From positions 124,001 to 188,000 of the IMG/VR virus record IMGVR_UViG_3300031787_007614: 64,000 nt of DNA, one strand, 5' to 3'. The notes under the pieces are model-generated. The model was not told the DNA's origin, ran no database searches, and saw nothing but the letters and a program-made list of their open reading frames with translations. A program made the translations under genes and the position numbers. The number at the start of each line of letters is the position of its first letter. Position 1 is the first letter of the stretch. Below, piece after piece: positions 45,529 to 54,956 of the stretch.

Positions 45529-45831
45529 TTACATTCTTACCAATACTTCTTGATAGTATCCGTTGTGCAACACCAACTGCTTGCGATAAGGCACGCCGTC
45601 GATATAAACAACATCACTAGGGCTCTGAGACATCACTGGTGGTTGTTGCACTACCAGGGGTCTGGTGATAGCATAAACCACAACGCCTCCAACCACAGCA
45701 GGGGCCACCCATCCCCAACCTCCGCCATGATGGCGATGATGTGGTGTGTGTAATGCAGATCCGTGATATCCGTTAGGTCCAGCAAATGCGCTGGAGGTAA
45801 CAAAAGTTAAAATGGTTAGAAGTCGTTTCAT
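45529..45831 (-). CDS. Secreted/membrane Gly-His-rich protein
   Basis: Signal peptide, HHRHHGGGWGW, TM; AAGGAGG SD. Confidence 0.75.
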   Translation of the reverse strand: MKRLLTILTFVTSSAFAGPNGYHGSALHTPHHRHHGGGWGWVAPAVVGGVVVYAITRPLVVQQPPVMSQSPSDVVYIDGVPYRKQLVLHNGYYQEVLVRM

Positions 45832-45851
45832 AGCAGCCTCCTTATGTAAGC

Positions 45852-45880
45852 AGTATACTGTATTTAACGCCTTGTGTCAA
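45852..45880 (-). promoter_or_regulatory. sigma70 promoter TTGACA-17-TATACT with TAAATA nested in the spacer
   Basis: -35 at 45880-45875, TAAATA at 45866-45861, -10 at 45857-45852. Confidence 0.8.
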
Positions 45881-45894
45881 CCAATGGTTGACTG

Positions 45895-46254
45895 TTACAT
45901 TGGACGTTTCATGGCCGATTTGGCCATTTTGTCTACCACTTGTTGTGCTTGAGGAACTGACATTTTGGGTTGTACCGTTTGTTCAGCACCGCCTTTGAAC
46001 ACAATGGGATCAGTTGAGCCGGGTTGGATGGGTTCTAACACATTGCTCAGTGGAGGCTGTCCAACTAGATCCATAATGTTTCTTTGATTGACAGGTACGT
46101 CAAGACTTTGTGCAATAGAGATAAAAGCATCTTGACTGATTTGTTTTTGACTGTTGGTGTCGTCTGCACGACCATTAAGAAAATCTACTAGGCCCAGAAG
46201 TTTGTCTGGGTCAGGTGTTGCACCAGCAAAGGTATCAACTTCAAAGATTTTCAT
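45895..46254 (-). CDS. Hypothetical (putative head-associated) protein
   Basis: N-terminus MKIFEV. Confidence 0.7.
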   Translation of the reverse strand: MKIFEVDTFAGATPDPDKLLGLVDFLNGRADDTNSQKQISQDAFISIAQSLDVPVNQRNIMDLVGQPPLSNVLEPIQPGSTDPIVFKGGAEQTVQPKMSVPQAQQVVDKMAKSAMKRPM

Positions 46255-47159
46255 TATCTACGGCCACGACCCAGTGCGCCTGCTGTGCCCACCGGCTCTT
46301 CAGCAGGAGCGGCCATGTCAGCACCTGCATCGGTAGCAGCAGCATCAAGATCAGCACCTACATCGGCACCCATGTCAGCGCCAGCGGCCATGTCAGCACC
46401 CATGTCAGCGCCAAGTTCGGCACCTAAGTCTGCACCAGCTGTGCTGGGTGCGGCTTGGCCAGTTACCACGCCAAGTGCTTGATCAAGTTGTTGTTTGGCA
46501 CCTTGTAGATTTTGCACTAGGCCAGTGAGTGCGGCTGTGGCGTCTGCGTTGAATTGCGAAGCTTGGTCAATGCCTACTTGATTCTTGATTGAATCAACTA
46601 GAGCAGGCAGTTCTTTAAATTGCATTTCGCTGGCATCTTCCAACATTGATTGCATTTTGTCAACCATGTCTTGTGCAGCCAACACCACTTGAGCTTGTTG
46701 CACTTCAGATTCTTTCAACATGCGATAAGCATTGCGCAAGCGGCTTTCGGCTTTCATCAATGCTGCACCTGCAACAAGTTTTTGTTCATCGGGATTCAAT
46801 GTTTGACCTGCGGCACTCTTTTTAAGAGCAGCAGCCAACTTAGGATCTTTTACTTGTGCGGCTGGTTGAACAGCGCCAGCAGTTGGTTGAGCACCAGGCA
46901 CTGGAACATCCATCTCTTTAAGACGTGTGGCCAAGGCCTGTTCCATCATCATGAGTTTGAGATAAGTTGGATTGCGTTCGCTGGTGTGGCGTGCCATTGA
47001 GCCTTTGTGCTCACCAAGCAGGCCTTGCACCTTGCGAAGCATTTGACGAGTTTGACCAGCGTTGAGACGTTCAACGCTGATGCGTGAGCCAAAATAACTT
47101 TCAAACGTCTTGGTAATCAGACGAGTTTTTTTAGGTGTGGCTAGTTCTTGCAGTTTCAT
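46254..47159 (-). CDS. Putative prohead scaffold/core-like protein
   Basis: Coiled coil and acidic GAD(M/L/V) repeat tail; TAAATA and GAGG SD. Confidence 0.55.
   Translation of the reverse strand: MKLQELATPKKTRLITKTFESYFGSRISVERLNAGQTRQMLRKVQGLLGEHKGSMARHTSERNPTYLKLMMMEQALATRLKEMDVPVPGAQPTAGAVQPAAQVKDPKLAAALKKSAAGQTLNPDEQKLVAGAALMKAESRLRNAYRMLKESEVQQAQVVLAAQDMVDKMQSMLEDASEMQFKELPALVDSIKNQVGIDQASQFNADATAALTGLVQNLQGAKQQLDQALGVVTGQAAPSTAGADLGAELGADMGADMAAGADMGADVGADLDAAATDAGADMAAPAEEPVGTAGALGRGRR
46312..46440 (-). repeat. Degenerate 12-bp repeats encoding GAD(M/L/V)
   Basis: Recurring catgtcagc(a/g)cc on the + strand. Confidence 0.75.
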
Positions 47160-47607
47160 TTGAGAATCCTCTAAGTTGTATATATTTAGCCGAAGATATA
47201 CATTTTTCAAGTTCGGCTGTGACAGCAGAATTTAGAGAAACTTTGGGTTCAAGTTTGGTTTTCACCATTTCTCTAAATTCTGCAGATCTACTGAGTTTGC
47301 CTAGACCACTGCGACAAGCAATGTCATTGTCTAAGAATTGTTTTTTAAAGTCCAACACTTTGATCTGTTGCGATAATGAAGCTTGGTTGTTTTTATCGGC
47401 AATGCACCAAGAAATTGCTGATCGTTTGCTGCCAAAGGATCCCACAAAGTTTGCATAATGCCAAACATTAAACACTTGCTGCTCTGGTGTGATGTGATAT
47501 TTTCCAAACACCACCCATCCACCTGAGTTGTCATCCAAAATCATTTTGTCAATGCTGTGGCGCAGTTCACGCTCGGCCCAGCGTTCAAGTTTTTGTTCTC
47601 GAGTCAT
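47131..47607 (-). CDS. Hypothetical protein
   Basis: ORF track. Confidence 0.75.
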   Translation of the reverse strand: MTREQKLERWAERELRHSIDKMILDDNSGGWVVFGKYHITPEQQVFNVWHYANFVGSFGSKRSAISWCIADKNNQASLSQQIKVLDFKKQFLDNDIACRSGLGKLSRSAEFREMVKTKLEPKVSLNSAVTAELEKCISSAKYIQLRGFSNETARTSHT

Positions 47608-47867
47608 TTGAGTACGTAGTGCGAGACCAGCCAGCCAACTGTGCCGGCTAAAAATGTTATGATTCCCACGCCCCAGGAAATCAATTGATTGTTGCGTTTT
47701 TCAGACATGGCATGCACAATTTCATGCACTTCTTTGACCACTGCCTTGACATCGTCGATGTCTTTTTGCACTGAACTGATTTGCAGTTCCAGTGCTTTGT
47801 ATCGCTCGGCACACAGTTCAACGTGGGCTTCGAGACTTTTCTTTTCAATATCAGTGGTGTCTGCCAT
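47604..47867 (-). CDS. Coiled-coil protein with C-terminal TM
   Basis: TAAATA 7 nt before ATG. Confidence 0.75.
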   Translation of the reverse strand: MADTTDIEKKSLEAHVELCAERYKALELQISSVQKDIDDVKAVVKEVHEIVHAMSEKRNNQLISWGVGIITFLAGTVGWLVSHYVLK

Positions 47868-47869
47868 AA

Positions 47870-48283
47870 TCAGTTATTTACCGTTTCAAACCAAATGTTC
47901 TGGTCAGGGCGCAGTACTGTTTCTACAACTTCCTGCTCGTCTAGCCCAGTTAGCATGGGCACTCCATTGCAGTCTTGGTGCAGTGCCGCAAAAGGATCAT
48001 GATTTCCCGAAATACCAAATGTGCTTTCTGCTTCAACTTCAAAGCTAAAACTCCACACACCTTTGTCACAGCGCGGGGCCTGAATGCGCTCTGGTTGGCT
48101 GCGCAGACTGATTATTTGAATCAATGTTTCAAAGTTTCGCTGTTGATTTCTTGCTCTGTTCCAGTCATTGATGCTGTTGATTGCTTGACCAACTTGATCT
48201 TCAAAGGGAATTTGACCTATGCGAAAATGCCCAGTAATTCCAGTAGGCGAGCAGTCAAAGAGGGTTTTGCACATATACTTCAT
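47870..48283 (-). CDS. Hypothetical protein
   Basis: TAAATA 7 nt before ATG. Confidence 0.75.
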   Translation of the reverse strand: MKYMCKTLFDCSPTGITGHFRIGQIPFEDQVGQAINSINDWNRARNQQRNFETLIQIISLRSQPERIQAPRCDKGVWSFSFEVEAESTFGISGNHDPFAALHQDCNGVPMLTGLDEQEVVETVLRPDQNIWFETVNN

Positions 48284-48300
48284 CGTGTGATATTTACGGC

Positions 48301-48333
48301 AAAAAAATACCCCGGAGTTTTTAATCCCGGGGT
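48301..48333 (-). terminator. Intrinsic terminator
   Basis: ACCCCGG/CCGGGGT stem and T7 tract on the minus strand. Confidence 0.8.
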
Positions 48334-48354
48334 GGTTTAGAACAAGTCTAAAAA

Positions 48355-48744
48355 TTAAGCAGACAGTTTGAAGCCGTTAGCTGTTGCGCTGTCCAACTGA
48401 TAACCAGTGAAGGTAATGTTGGCAGCAGCCAATGCTGTAGCAGCGTTGGCAAAAGCGCCAGTTGGGTAGTAAGCAATTGACAAAGCAGTTGTGTCAACTT
48501 GATACATAGCTACTGTGCAAGTTTGTTGCAGAGCTTGAATAACGTTAGCAACGTATTCTTGCACGCCTGACTGTGTAGCCATGCTGTTGTTGGCAACAAA
48601 GCGAACAAAGTCCAGTTTAGGACCAGCTGGTTGAACTGTAGCAGTAGCGCCAGTAGTGCTTGTAGAAGCAGCGATAGGACCGTTTTGTACGTCTAGTGCA
48701 AATACAGGTTGTGCATCACCATTTACGGGGGTAAGATAAGCCAT
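48355..48744 (-). CDS. Putative abundant virion (decoration-like) protein
   Basis: Ala/Thr-rich; own TAAATA, AAGGA SD and terminator. Confidence 0.55.
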   Translation of the reverse strand: MAYLTPVNGDAQPVFALDVQNGPIAASTSTTGATATVQPAGPKLDFVRFVANNSMATQSGVQEYVANVIQALQQTCTVAMYQVDTTALSIAYYPTGAFANAATALAAANITFTGYQLDSATANGFKLSA

Positions 48745-48807
48745 GATAAATTTCCTTTAAGTTAGTGGTCCTGGTGGACCTGCTTTTATTTAGTCTTTTG
48801 GCAAAAA

Positions 48808-50742
48808 TTATGCCTGTTGCGGATTGTTTTGGGCACGATTTCTAGCAGTAAAATCAAAGCGATTGACTGCTTTGGCATAGCCTGCAGGCGTGGCCATTAC
48901 CCAACCTTCGTGTCCAGGATCTTTCAAATCCAAATTACGTAGTATGTCTAGCTTTAGATCGTGTAACAGAATAAACAGGGTAAATGCAGCAGCCAGACCT
49001 TCTGTGTTTGATGCAGGGCTTTTTAGATATTCAATGATGTTGGCAAATTTTCTTGGGGTGACTTCGGATTGCAACCATTCACCAAACCCTGCCAACAAGT
49101 TGTCAAAGTTGCCTGATCCAATTCTAAAATTAATGTAGTCCACACACAGTTTGGCCAAGTCTGTGATTTGCATGGCTCGCAGTTCGCCAGGATTAAACAA
49201 GGTATCGATGGCAGCACCTTTACTGCGGCGTATTTGTTTGATTTGTTTGATCAAGGCAGTTTGTCCCTTAGATTGTGCAGCGTCTTGAGGTGTAATACCT
49301 TTGCCATAAATTGGCTCAATCAAAAACAATCCTGGTACTTCATTAAATGACACTCTGCTGAGTGGCTGCTTGGGTTCACCTTGATCAGCATACATTGTGT
49401 GCATGGCAATACCTGTGGTGCTGTTGCGAATTCTTTGTCCCAGGGCGCTCTTGGCGGGTATGCGATATTGCACTGTGTTGGGCTTGAACACAAGATTACC
49501 AGCTTCTTCTGTCCATGGCTGTTCGGGGTAGTACAACAAGTCGCCTTTGACATAGCCACGGAAGTTTGTGGGCACAGCCGCTTCTAACTGTGGCCAAAGG
49601 TCAGCATACAATTGTATCAACTTCGCACGTTCACCTTTGCGTGTGCTTTGTATCTGTGCCATCATTCGGGGACTAGTAGCAAGTCCATCGTAGCCTTTGG
49701 CGTCAAACCCTGACCCATCTGTAAGCACAAACTCACCTGTGGCAGGCTTGCGGCCAAATATCACAGCAGGCTTGCCGTCCCACTTCACACTGGTGGTCTT
49801 TTGTGGTGCATCTGCGGCATGCTGGATAATGGCCAGTGCTTCATCCACGCCGCGTGAACCTTTGCGAAACACAAGATCTTCCAGGTGTTCGATGCCTTTG
49901 GCCCGGCCACCCACGCCTGGTTCTTCAGCTTCATAAATTTGATATGGGTTGGCTGTTTCTGTTTCAATCAATGGTGTCATGCCTTGATTTACAATTCTGT
50001 CGCGCAACTTGGCTAGAAAATTCACTTCAGTGTTTTCATTCACAGCACCTGGCTCTTGTAGGCCTTCACGGCCCAGGTATTCACGGAAGTCTGCCAGCTT
50101 GGCATCTCGGTTTTTGTCTCCGGCCAGAGCAGCATAAATGCTTTCCACGTTCTTGAGATTTGCTCTAGTGGCCTTGGGTCCTAGCAGTGTTTTGGCCACG
50201 TAGTCAGGATCCATGCCACCATCTACCAGTTGGTTTGTGGTGCGACTGAACATGCCATTAGCACCCACTTTGAGTCCCTGTTGTTTGGCAATTGAACTCA
50301 TCAACACATTGCGATTCATGCCTTTGTAGGCCGAATCATCTGCACCACCATAGTAAAACTGTCCCCAGTCCAGATTGGGAAAGAACATGAAGTCTGTTTG
50401 CACATAACCATTTTCTGGACGACCATTAATAGGTGTACGTAAGTGTACTTCGCCGCTTTTCTTTACCCAGGCTTTAGGGTCTTCACCGTGACTGGTTGCC
50501 CATTGTGTTAGTTTTGCTGCCAATTGTTCTTTGGATATTTCGCTGGCATCCACTGCCATGTCCATGTCGCCTGATGTAGGTTTACGTCCGGTTGATCCCA
50601 GCCAACGCTCGCGTGGGAATTCTAATCCTGTGAGTGTTTCTAGCCATTGTACTGTGGCTGCTACATCGCTTTGGTTGATACGCCCAGTAAGTGGTTTACC
50701 ATCAGCATCTTTGAATACATTGCCGCCTTCTAATAGTCTCAT
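48808..50742 (-). CDS. Two-domain protein: pol-beta-type nucleotidyltransferase plus KWDG ligase-like domain
   Basis: LGSTGRKPTSGDMDM and VQTDF; VKWDGKPAV and VKGDLLY. Confidence 0.6.
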   Translation of the reverse strand: MRLLEGGNVFKDADGKPLTGRINQSDVAATVQWLETLTGLEFPRERWLGSTGRKPTSGDMDMAVDASEISKEQLAAKLTQWATSHGEDPKAWVKKSGEVHLRTPINGRPENGYVQTDFMFFPNLDWGQFYYGGADDSAYKGMNRNVLMSSIAKQQGLKVGANGMFSRTTNQLVDGGMDPDYVAKTLLGPKATRANLKNVESIYAALAGDKNRDAKLADFREYLGREGLQEPGAVNENTEVNFLAKLRDRIVNQGMTPLIETETANPYQIYEAEEPGVGGRAKGIEHLEDLVFRKGSRGVDEALAIIQHAADAPQKTTSVKWDGKPAVIFGRKPATGEFVLTDGSGFDAKGYDGLATSPRMMAQIQSTRKGERAKLIQLYADLWPQLEAAVPTNFRGYVKGDLLYYPEQPWTEEAGNLVFKPNTVQYRIPAKSALGQRIRNSTTGIAMHTMYADQGEPKQPLSRVSFNEVPGLFLIEPIYGKGITPQDAAQSKGQTALIKQIKQIRRSKGAAIDTLFNPGELRAMQITDLAKLCVDYINFRIGSGNFDNLLAGFGEWLQSEVTPRKFANIIEYLKSPASNTEGLAAAFTLFILLHDLKLDILRNLDLKDPGHEGWVMATPAGYAKAVNRFDFTARNRAQNNPQQA

Positions 50743-51572
50743 TTTTTTGCCTCGGCCACGGCCATTTGTTGTTGTTGTGGGGCACCTTGCAACAGGCCCA
50801 TACTGGCCAGCACCTTGTTTAGTGCTGGATCACGTTGCTGTGGAACCTTGGCAGTAATTCCTAGTTGTTGCGCTGTGAGGCCAGCTCGTTGCGCTGCCTG
50901 TGCCAACTGCGGTTCAGCTGCATTTTTATTTGTGCTGGCTGCGCCAGATACTGGATTGAATTCAACTTCGTTGGCAATGCCATAGCTCATTTTAGCAATG
51001 GAATTCCACAAGTCAGCCAATTTTTTTGCATTGACTCTAGTGGGTTCAGTTATCAACAGTGCGTCAATGGCTTTGTCAATGGTGGCACTCATGTCTCCGA
51101 CCATGTTTCGCAACTGACCTTGATTGGCATCTTTGTCCACCAAACTGGCAGCATTTTTATAGTCGCTGACTGAACGACCGCTCATTCTTTGAAGATTACC
51201 GTTTACCAAACTGATTAATGCTCGTTGCATTTCAATTGGCTGAATGTCCTTGATGCTTTGAACTCCAGCTCGACCAGTTATGGGATTTTTGGCCTGTTGC
51301 ATCATTTGTGTCACTGTGTCTGACCATTGTGCCTGCAGAGTTTTGGCTAGCGCAGCCACAGCAGGTGCCGAAGCAGCCGCGGCTGCGCCGCTTGCTTGTC
51401 CTGGAACAACGCTGGCGCCAGGCGCGGCGTCTGTATTACCACCTGCAGGGATCATGGCTTTGGCTAGATTTTGCCCCACGCCTCCCAAGAATGAACCTGC
51501 CTGTGAACCGGCGCCGCCAGGAGCAAAAACTTCTTGCATGCGGCGGCCATTGGTAATTTCATATATCTGCAT
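50739..51572 (-). CDS. Hypothetical Ala/Gln-rich (putative internal virion) protein
   Basis: N-terminus MQIYEI. Confidence 0.7.
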   Translation of the reverse strand: MQIYEITNGRRMQEVFAPGGAGSQAGSFLGGVGQNLAKAMIPAGGNTDAAPGASVVPGQASGAAAAASAPAVAALAKTLQAQWSDTVTQMMQQAKNPITGRAGVQSIKDIQPIEMQRALISLVNGNLQRMSGRSVSDYKNAASLVDKDANQGQLRNMVGDMSATIDKAIDALLITEPTRVNAKKLADLWNSIAKMSYGIANEVEFNPVSGAASTNKNAAEPQLAQAAQRAGLTAQQLGITAKVPQQRDPALNKVLASMGLLQGAPQQQQMAVAEAKK

Positions 51573-51807
51573 GAGTTCTCCTTACAGATCTAGCAAACTT
51601 TGTGGAATCTTTAAGACGTATGGCATTGAGCAATTTTCTAGTGAGATTTTCAGCCTGATCAGCAGTGTATTCTGTTTCAATTTGCTCTAGCAAACGAATA
51701 GCAGATTCTATCACATTGTTGGCTCTATTTTCAATTATTAGACGACGATCGCGTTCCACATACATGGAATCCAATTCTTCTAACAAGCTACGAGTTTTCT
51801 TTTGCAT
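51559..51807 (-). CDS. Hypothetical protein
   Basis: TAAATA upstream. Confidence 0.75.
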   Translation of the reverse strand: MQKKTRSLLEELDSMYVERDRRLIIENRANNVIESAIRLLEQIETEYTADQAENLTRKLLNAIRLKDSTKFARSVRRTHADI

Positions 51808-51880
51808 TTGCTCGGGGACCTTTGGATTATTTAGCGAAATCTGGTTAGCAATAAATATCTATAACAATCAAGGATTCGCA

Positions 51881-52810
51881 ATGACCAGTCAAATCAACCC
51901 TAACAACATCGACGGAAACTATCCAGTAGCCGGCGTTCCCAACAACACACAAGGGTTTCGGGACAATTTCACAAACACTAGCACTAATTTTCAATATGCA
52001 GCAGACGAAATAACTGCACTGCAAACCAACGCAGTTTTTAAATCTGCACTAACTGGTGCTACACTTGACAACAACATGAATGACAATCTCATTTATGCTG
52101 TAAAATTGCAAGATGTCAGCTATACCTATGTGCCAATTACCACAACTTCTGGCTCAGTCAGCGTGGACTATTCTGCAGGACAATATCAATACGTCAGCAC
52201 AACTGGCAGTATCAGTTTAAACTTTAGCAATTTTCCCACCAGCGGCAGTGCTGGTATAGTACAGCTGGCCATCAACATCACCAATACAGCTTACACTGTT
52301 ACATTGCCGGCTGCTGTGACTTTGGGCATTGTAGGCATTCAAGGCATTAGTTCAAATGTGATCACATTTGCCGCCACAGGAACTTATCAGTTTCAATTTA
52401 CCACTACAGACGGCGGCACCACCGTAACTGTTTACGATCTAAATCGCCCATTGCTGGGCAGCGCAGAATCTGCTGTGGGATACAGCACCGGTACTGGCGG
52501 CACTGTCACACAGGCCACCAGTAAATCAACTGGTGTAACACTCAACAAACGCTGTGGACAAATCACCATGAACAATGCTGCGTTGTCGGCAGCGGCTGAA
52601 GTGAGTTTTACTTTTACCAACAGCACTATTGCAGCCACTGATGTGGTTGTTACTGCTATCAGTTCAGGTGCCACAGCTGGCGCCTACAACACTCACGTTG
52701 ATGCAATTGCCGCAGGCAGTTGTAGAATTAGTATAACCAATTTTTCAGCTGGTCCCCTGTCTGAAGCCATAGTACTAAACTTTGTTGTGATCAAAGCGGT
52801 AAACGCTTAA
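51881..52810 (+). CDS. Putative tail/fibre-associated structural protein
   Basis: TAAATA and AAGGA SD before MTSQIN; Thr/Ser-rich; C-terminal GGTVTQATSKSTGVTLN domain. Confidence 0.7.
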   Translation: MTSQINPNNIDGNYPVAGVPNNTQGFRDNFTNTSTNFQYAADEITALQTNAVFKSALTGATLDNNMNDNLIYAVKLQDVSYTYVPITTTSGSVSVDYSAGQYQYVSTTGSISLNFSNFPTSGSAGIVQLAINITNTAYTVTLPAAVTLGIVGIQGISSNVITFAATGTYQFQFTTTDGGTTVTVYDLNRPLLGSAESAVGYSTGTGGTVTQATSKSTGVTLNKRCGQITMNNAALSAAAEVSFTFTNSTIAATDVVVTAISSGATAGAYNTHVDAIAAGSCRISITNFSAGPLSEAIVLNFVVIKAVNA

Positions 52811-54249
52811 TTACTTTTGATCTGTCCCAGCAGTTGTTTTAGTTTTGAACTTTGAACATCTGCTGTTACTTTAGGCCCCTGCTCCCATGCAGGGGTTCCT
52901 GTGGGTCGGTCCCATTTTGATGGCGAGCTTTCTTCTGGGGCGTCAGCAGCCTTGACCTGGCTGCGGGCCTTGATTGAATCCATAATGGAACTTTGTGGTT
53001 TGTTGTATCCTGTTCCCTCGTCTCCACCTTCATCAGTAATGCGCATGGTTTCAATGTTGTACTCCAAATCAATCTTTTGACCAACGCCGGTCGAGCTTCG
53101 AGACTTCATACACTGGATTTGATACTTGCCACGTTCTTTCATTGCACGACTTGTAAAGATACCAAACACATTATCTGCTGTGTTAATTTTAGAGATACCA
53201 CCTGATATGTGTGAGTGATCAAATTCAATTTCTTCCACAGCTGATCTATTCAACTGCGACGCTGTGACCATCAAGATGCCTAGCTCTTTGGCCAAGTTGC
53301 GCAGTTCTTCTGAAACATACTTGTCTTTCACAAACAAGTCATTGGGGCTGACCTTTGCACTCACAGGCATCAGCAAGTCTAAATAGTCAATCATCACAAA
53401 GTCTACCCGCTTGCCTGTTTGAATTTGATACTCTTTCAAATAAGCACGGATGTCGTTGATATTGCTTTGTGCTGGCAAGCCTTTCACTTGATAGTTGCCT
53501 GACTTCTTGGATACCAGCTTGACCTTAAGTTCAGTGGTGTCTATGTCCTTGCGGATATCTTTTGTTGACATATTGGTCAACATAGCATCAGTACGCAATG
53601 ACGTAAGTTCTTCTGAAAGTTCTAGTGTAATATACACACCACTAAGTCCTTGCTGTAGCCAGTTTAGAGCAATGTTCATCATCACAAGTGATTTGCCTGA
53701 TCCGGATCCACCTGCAAAGATGTTGAGTTCGCCTCTTGAGAATCCACCATACAACAATCTATCCAGTTGTGGCCAACCTGTGCTTACTTGTCCACCCGAG
53801 TTGAAGTACTTCTCAATACGACTCTTAGGATCAGCAAAGTAGTCTGTGCCCATGTCCTTGGTAAGTGATATCTGTACTGCATCTTTGATGAGTTTTTCAA
53901 CTGGATCATACTCGCCTTTTTCCAGTAAGTCTGCGGCTTTTAAGATAGCACGTTCTAGTTCTTGACGTCGAGTAAATGCTTCAAACTCGCCCATGAACCA
54001 ATCAAAGTGCCCTTCGTTTAAATCCGGCACGGCTGCTAATTTAACGCCAGTGGTTGCAGAAATCTGTGTACGTTCCGGCAGGGTCTTGTGTTTGTCTGAG
54101 TGTTCTTTAATAAACTCAGCCGCAGGTCTCAAACTCTTGTCAAAGTTCTGCGGGTTGTAGATGTTTTGAACACGCACATAACTCTGTGCGTCCTCCAACA
54201 TCATTTCTAGAAATAGTCGTTGGACATCAAGTCCGTATTCTTTTAACAA
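52807..54249 (-). CDS. Replicative helicase (DnaB/T4 gp41-like)
   Basis: GGSGSGKS, IDYLDL, TASQLNR, MKSRSS. Confidence 0.95.
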   Translation of the reverse strand: MLKEYGLDVQRLFLEMMLEDAQSYVRVQNIYNPQNFDKSLRPAAEFIKEHSDKHKTLPERTQISATTGVKLAAVPDLNEGHFDWFMGEFEAFTRRQELERAILKAADLLEKGEYDPVEKLIKDAVQISLTKDMGTDYFADPKSRIEKYFNSGGQVSTGWPQLDRLLYGGFSRGELNIFAGGSGSGKSLVMMNIALNWLQQGLSGVYITLELSEELTSLRTDAMLTNMSTKDIRKDIDTTELKVKLVSKKSGNYQVKGLPAQSNINDIRAYLKEYQIQTGKRVDFVMIDYLDLLMPVSAKVSPNDLFVKDKYVSEELRNLAKELGILMVTASQLNRSAVEEIEFDHSHISGGISKINTADNVFGIFTSRAMKERGKYQIQCMKSRSSTGVGQKIDLEYNIETMRITDEGGDEGTGYNKPQSSIMDSIKARSQVKAADAPEESSPSKWDRPTGTPAWEQGPKVTADVQSSKLKQLLGQIKSN

Positions 54250-54956
54250 AGTTTGTCCTTTACGCTTGTTTCAAAAAAATGTCGGTTGCCAGCAGGTCCG
54301 TGGTGCCCGTGCCAACCAAAATTGTCATAGTCTGCCGGCCGATTGATATTTAAGTTGACATCATACATGGAGCCATCAAACAATTTACATCTGTTGTGAT
54401 TTACACAATAATCTAGTATGTATTGGCTTGGTCCCCAGTGATTGTTTGGATCTAAATTTTTACTGAGATTTACAATAATGTAGTTAGCGTCGCAAGAATC
54501 CAACCACTGAGTTATTAAAAATATTTGTCGTAGCACCTGAGTTTCAATCCAACTACGATCACTGATCAACACCGACAATCGATCAAGTTCCTTGTACTGC
54601 AAATTTACCAATCCATGATGACTTGCAACATTACTGGGTTGTGCCTGCCAGGTTTTTGTATCAAATACGGAACTTACCAACGCTGTGTCTTTGTAATCGT
54701 CAAATATAGTAATTCTTTCTAATGGTGGCAGACCAATGACAAAAAAGTCTTGCTCAAAGTTGTATCTTTGCTGTTCACCTATTAGCATTTGACACACACT
54801 GTCAAAACTTATTTTAGATCTGCTACAGTTAATCACAGTACCAACACCCAACTCAGAAGCAGTTAGCCCCCAAAAACTTTCTTGTGGGGAAACACAAACA
54901 TCTGGTGTGCTATAACTGTCGCCAAACACCCAAAGCCTATTGTATTTTTTTAACAA
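54243..54956 (-). CDS. SGNH/GDSL-like hydrolase
   Basis: VFGDSYS; C-terminal GHHGPAGN. Confidence 0.55.
   Translation of the reverse strand: MLKKYNRLWVFGDSYSTPDVCVSPQESFWGLTASELGVGTVINCSRSKISFDSVCQMLIGEQQRYNFEQDFFVIGLPPLERITIFDDYKDTALVSSVFDTKTWQAQPSNVASHHGLVNLQYKELDRLSVLISDRSWIETQVLRQIFLITQWLDSCDANYIIVNLSKNLDPNNHWGPSQYILDYCVNHNRCKLFDGSMYDVNLNINRPADYDNFGWHGHHGPAGNRHFFETSVKDKLC

Noticed and set aside
45833-45856. CTGCTTACATAAGGAG as a third ROSE element
   Set aside because: Weaker pairing, no upstream hairpin, and the sigma70 start would remove its 5' arm
45876-45892. Palindrome GTCAACC-AAT-GGTTGAC as a divergent promoter
   Set aside because: The plus-strand TTGACT has no -10 at the right spacing; it may be an operator but this is unsupported
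34494-54249. Introns or inteins in nrdA, nrdB or helicase
   Set aside because: ORFs are continuous and of normal length with no intein termini
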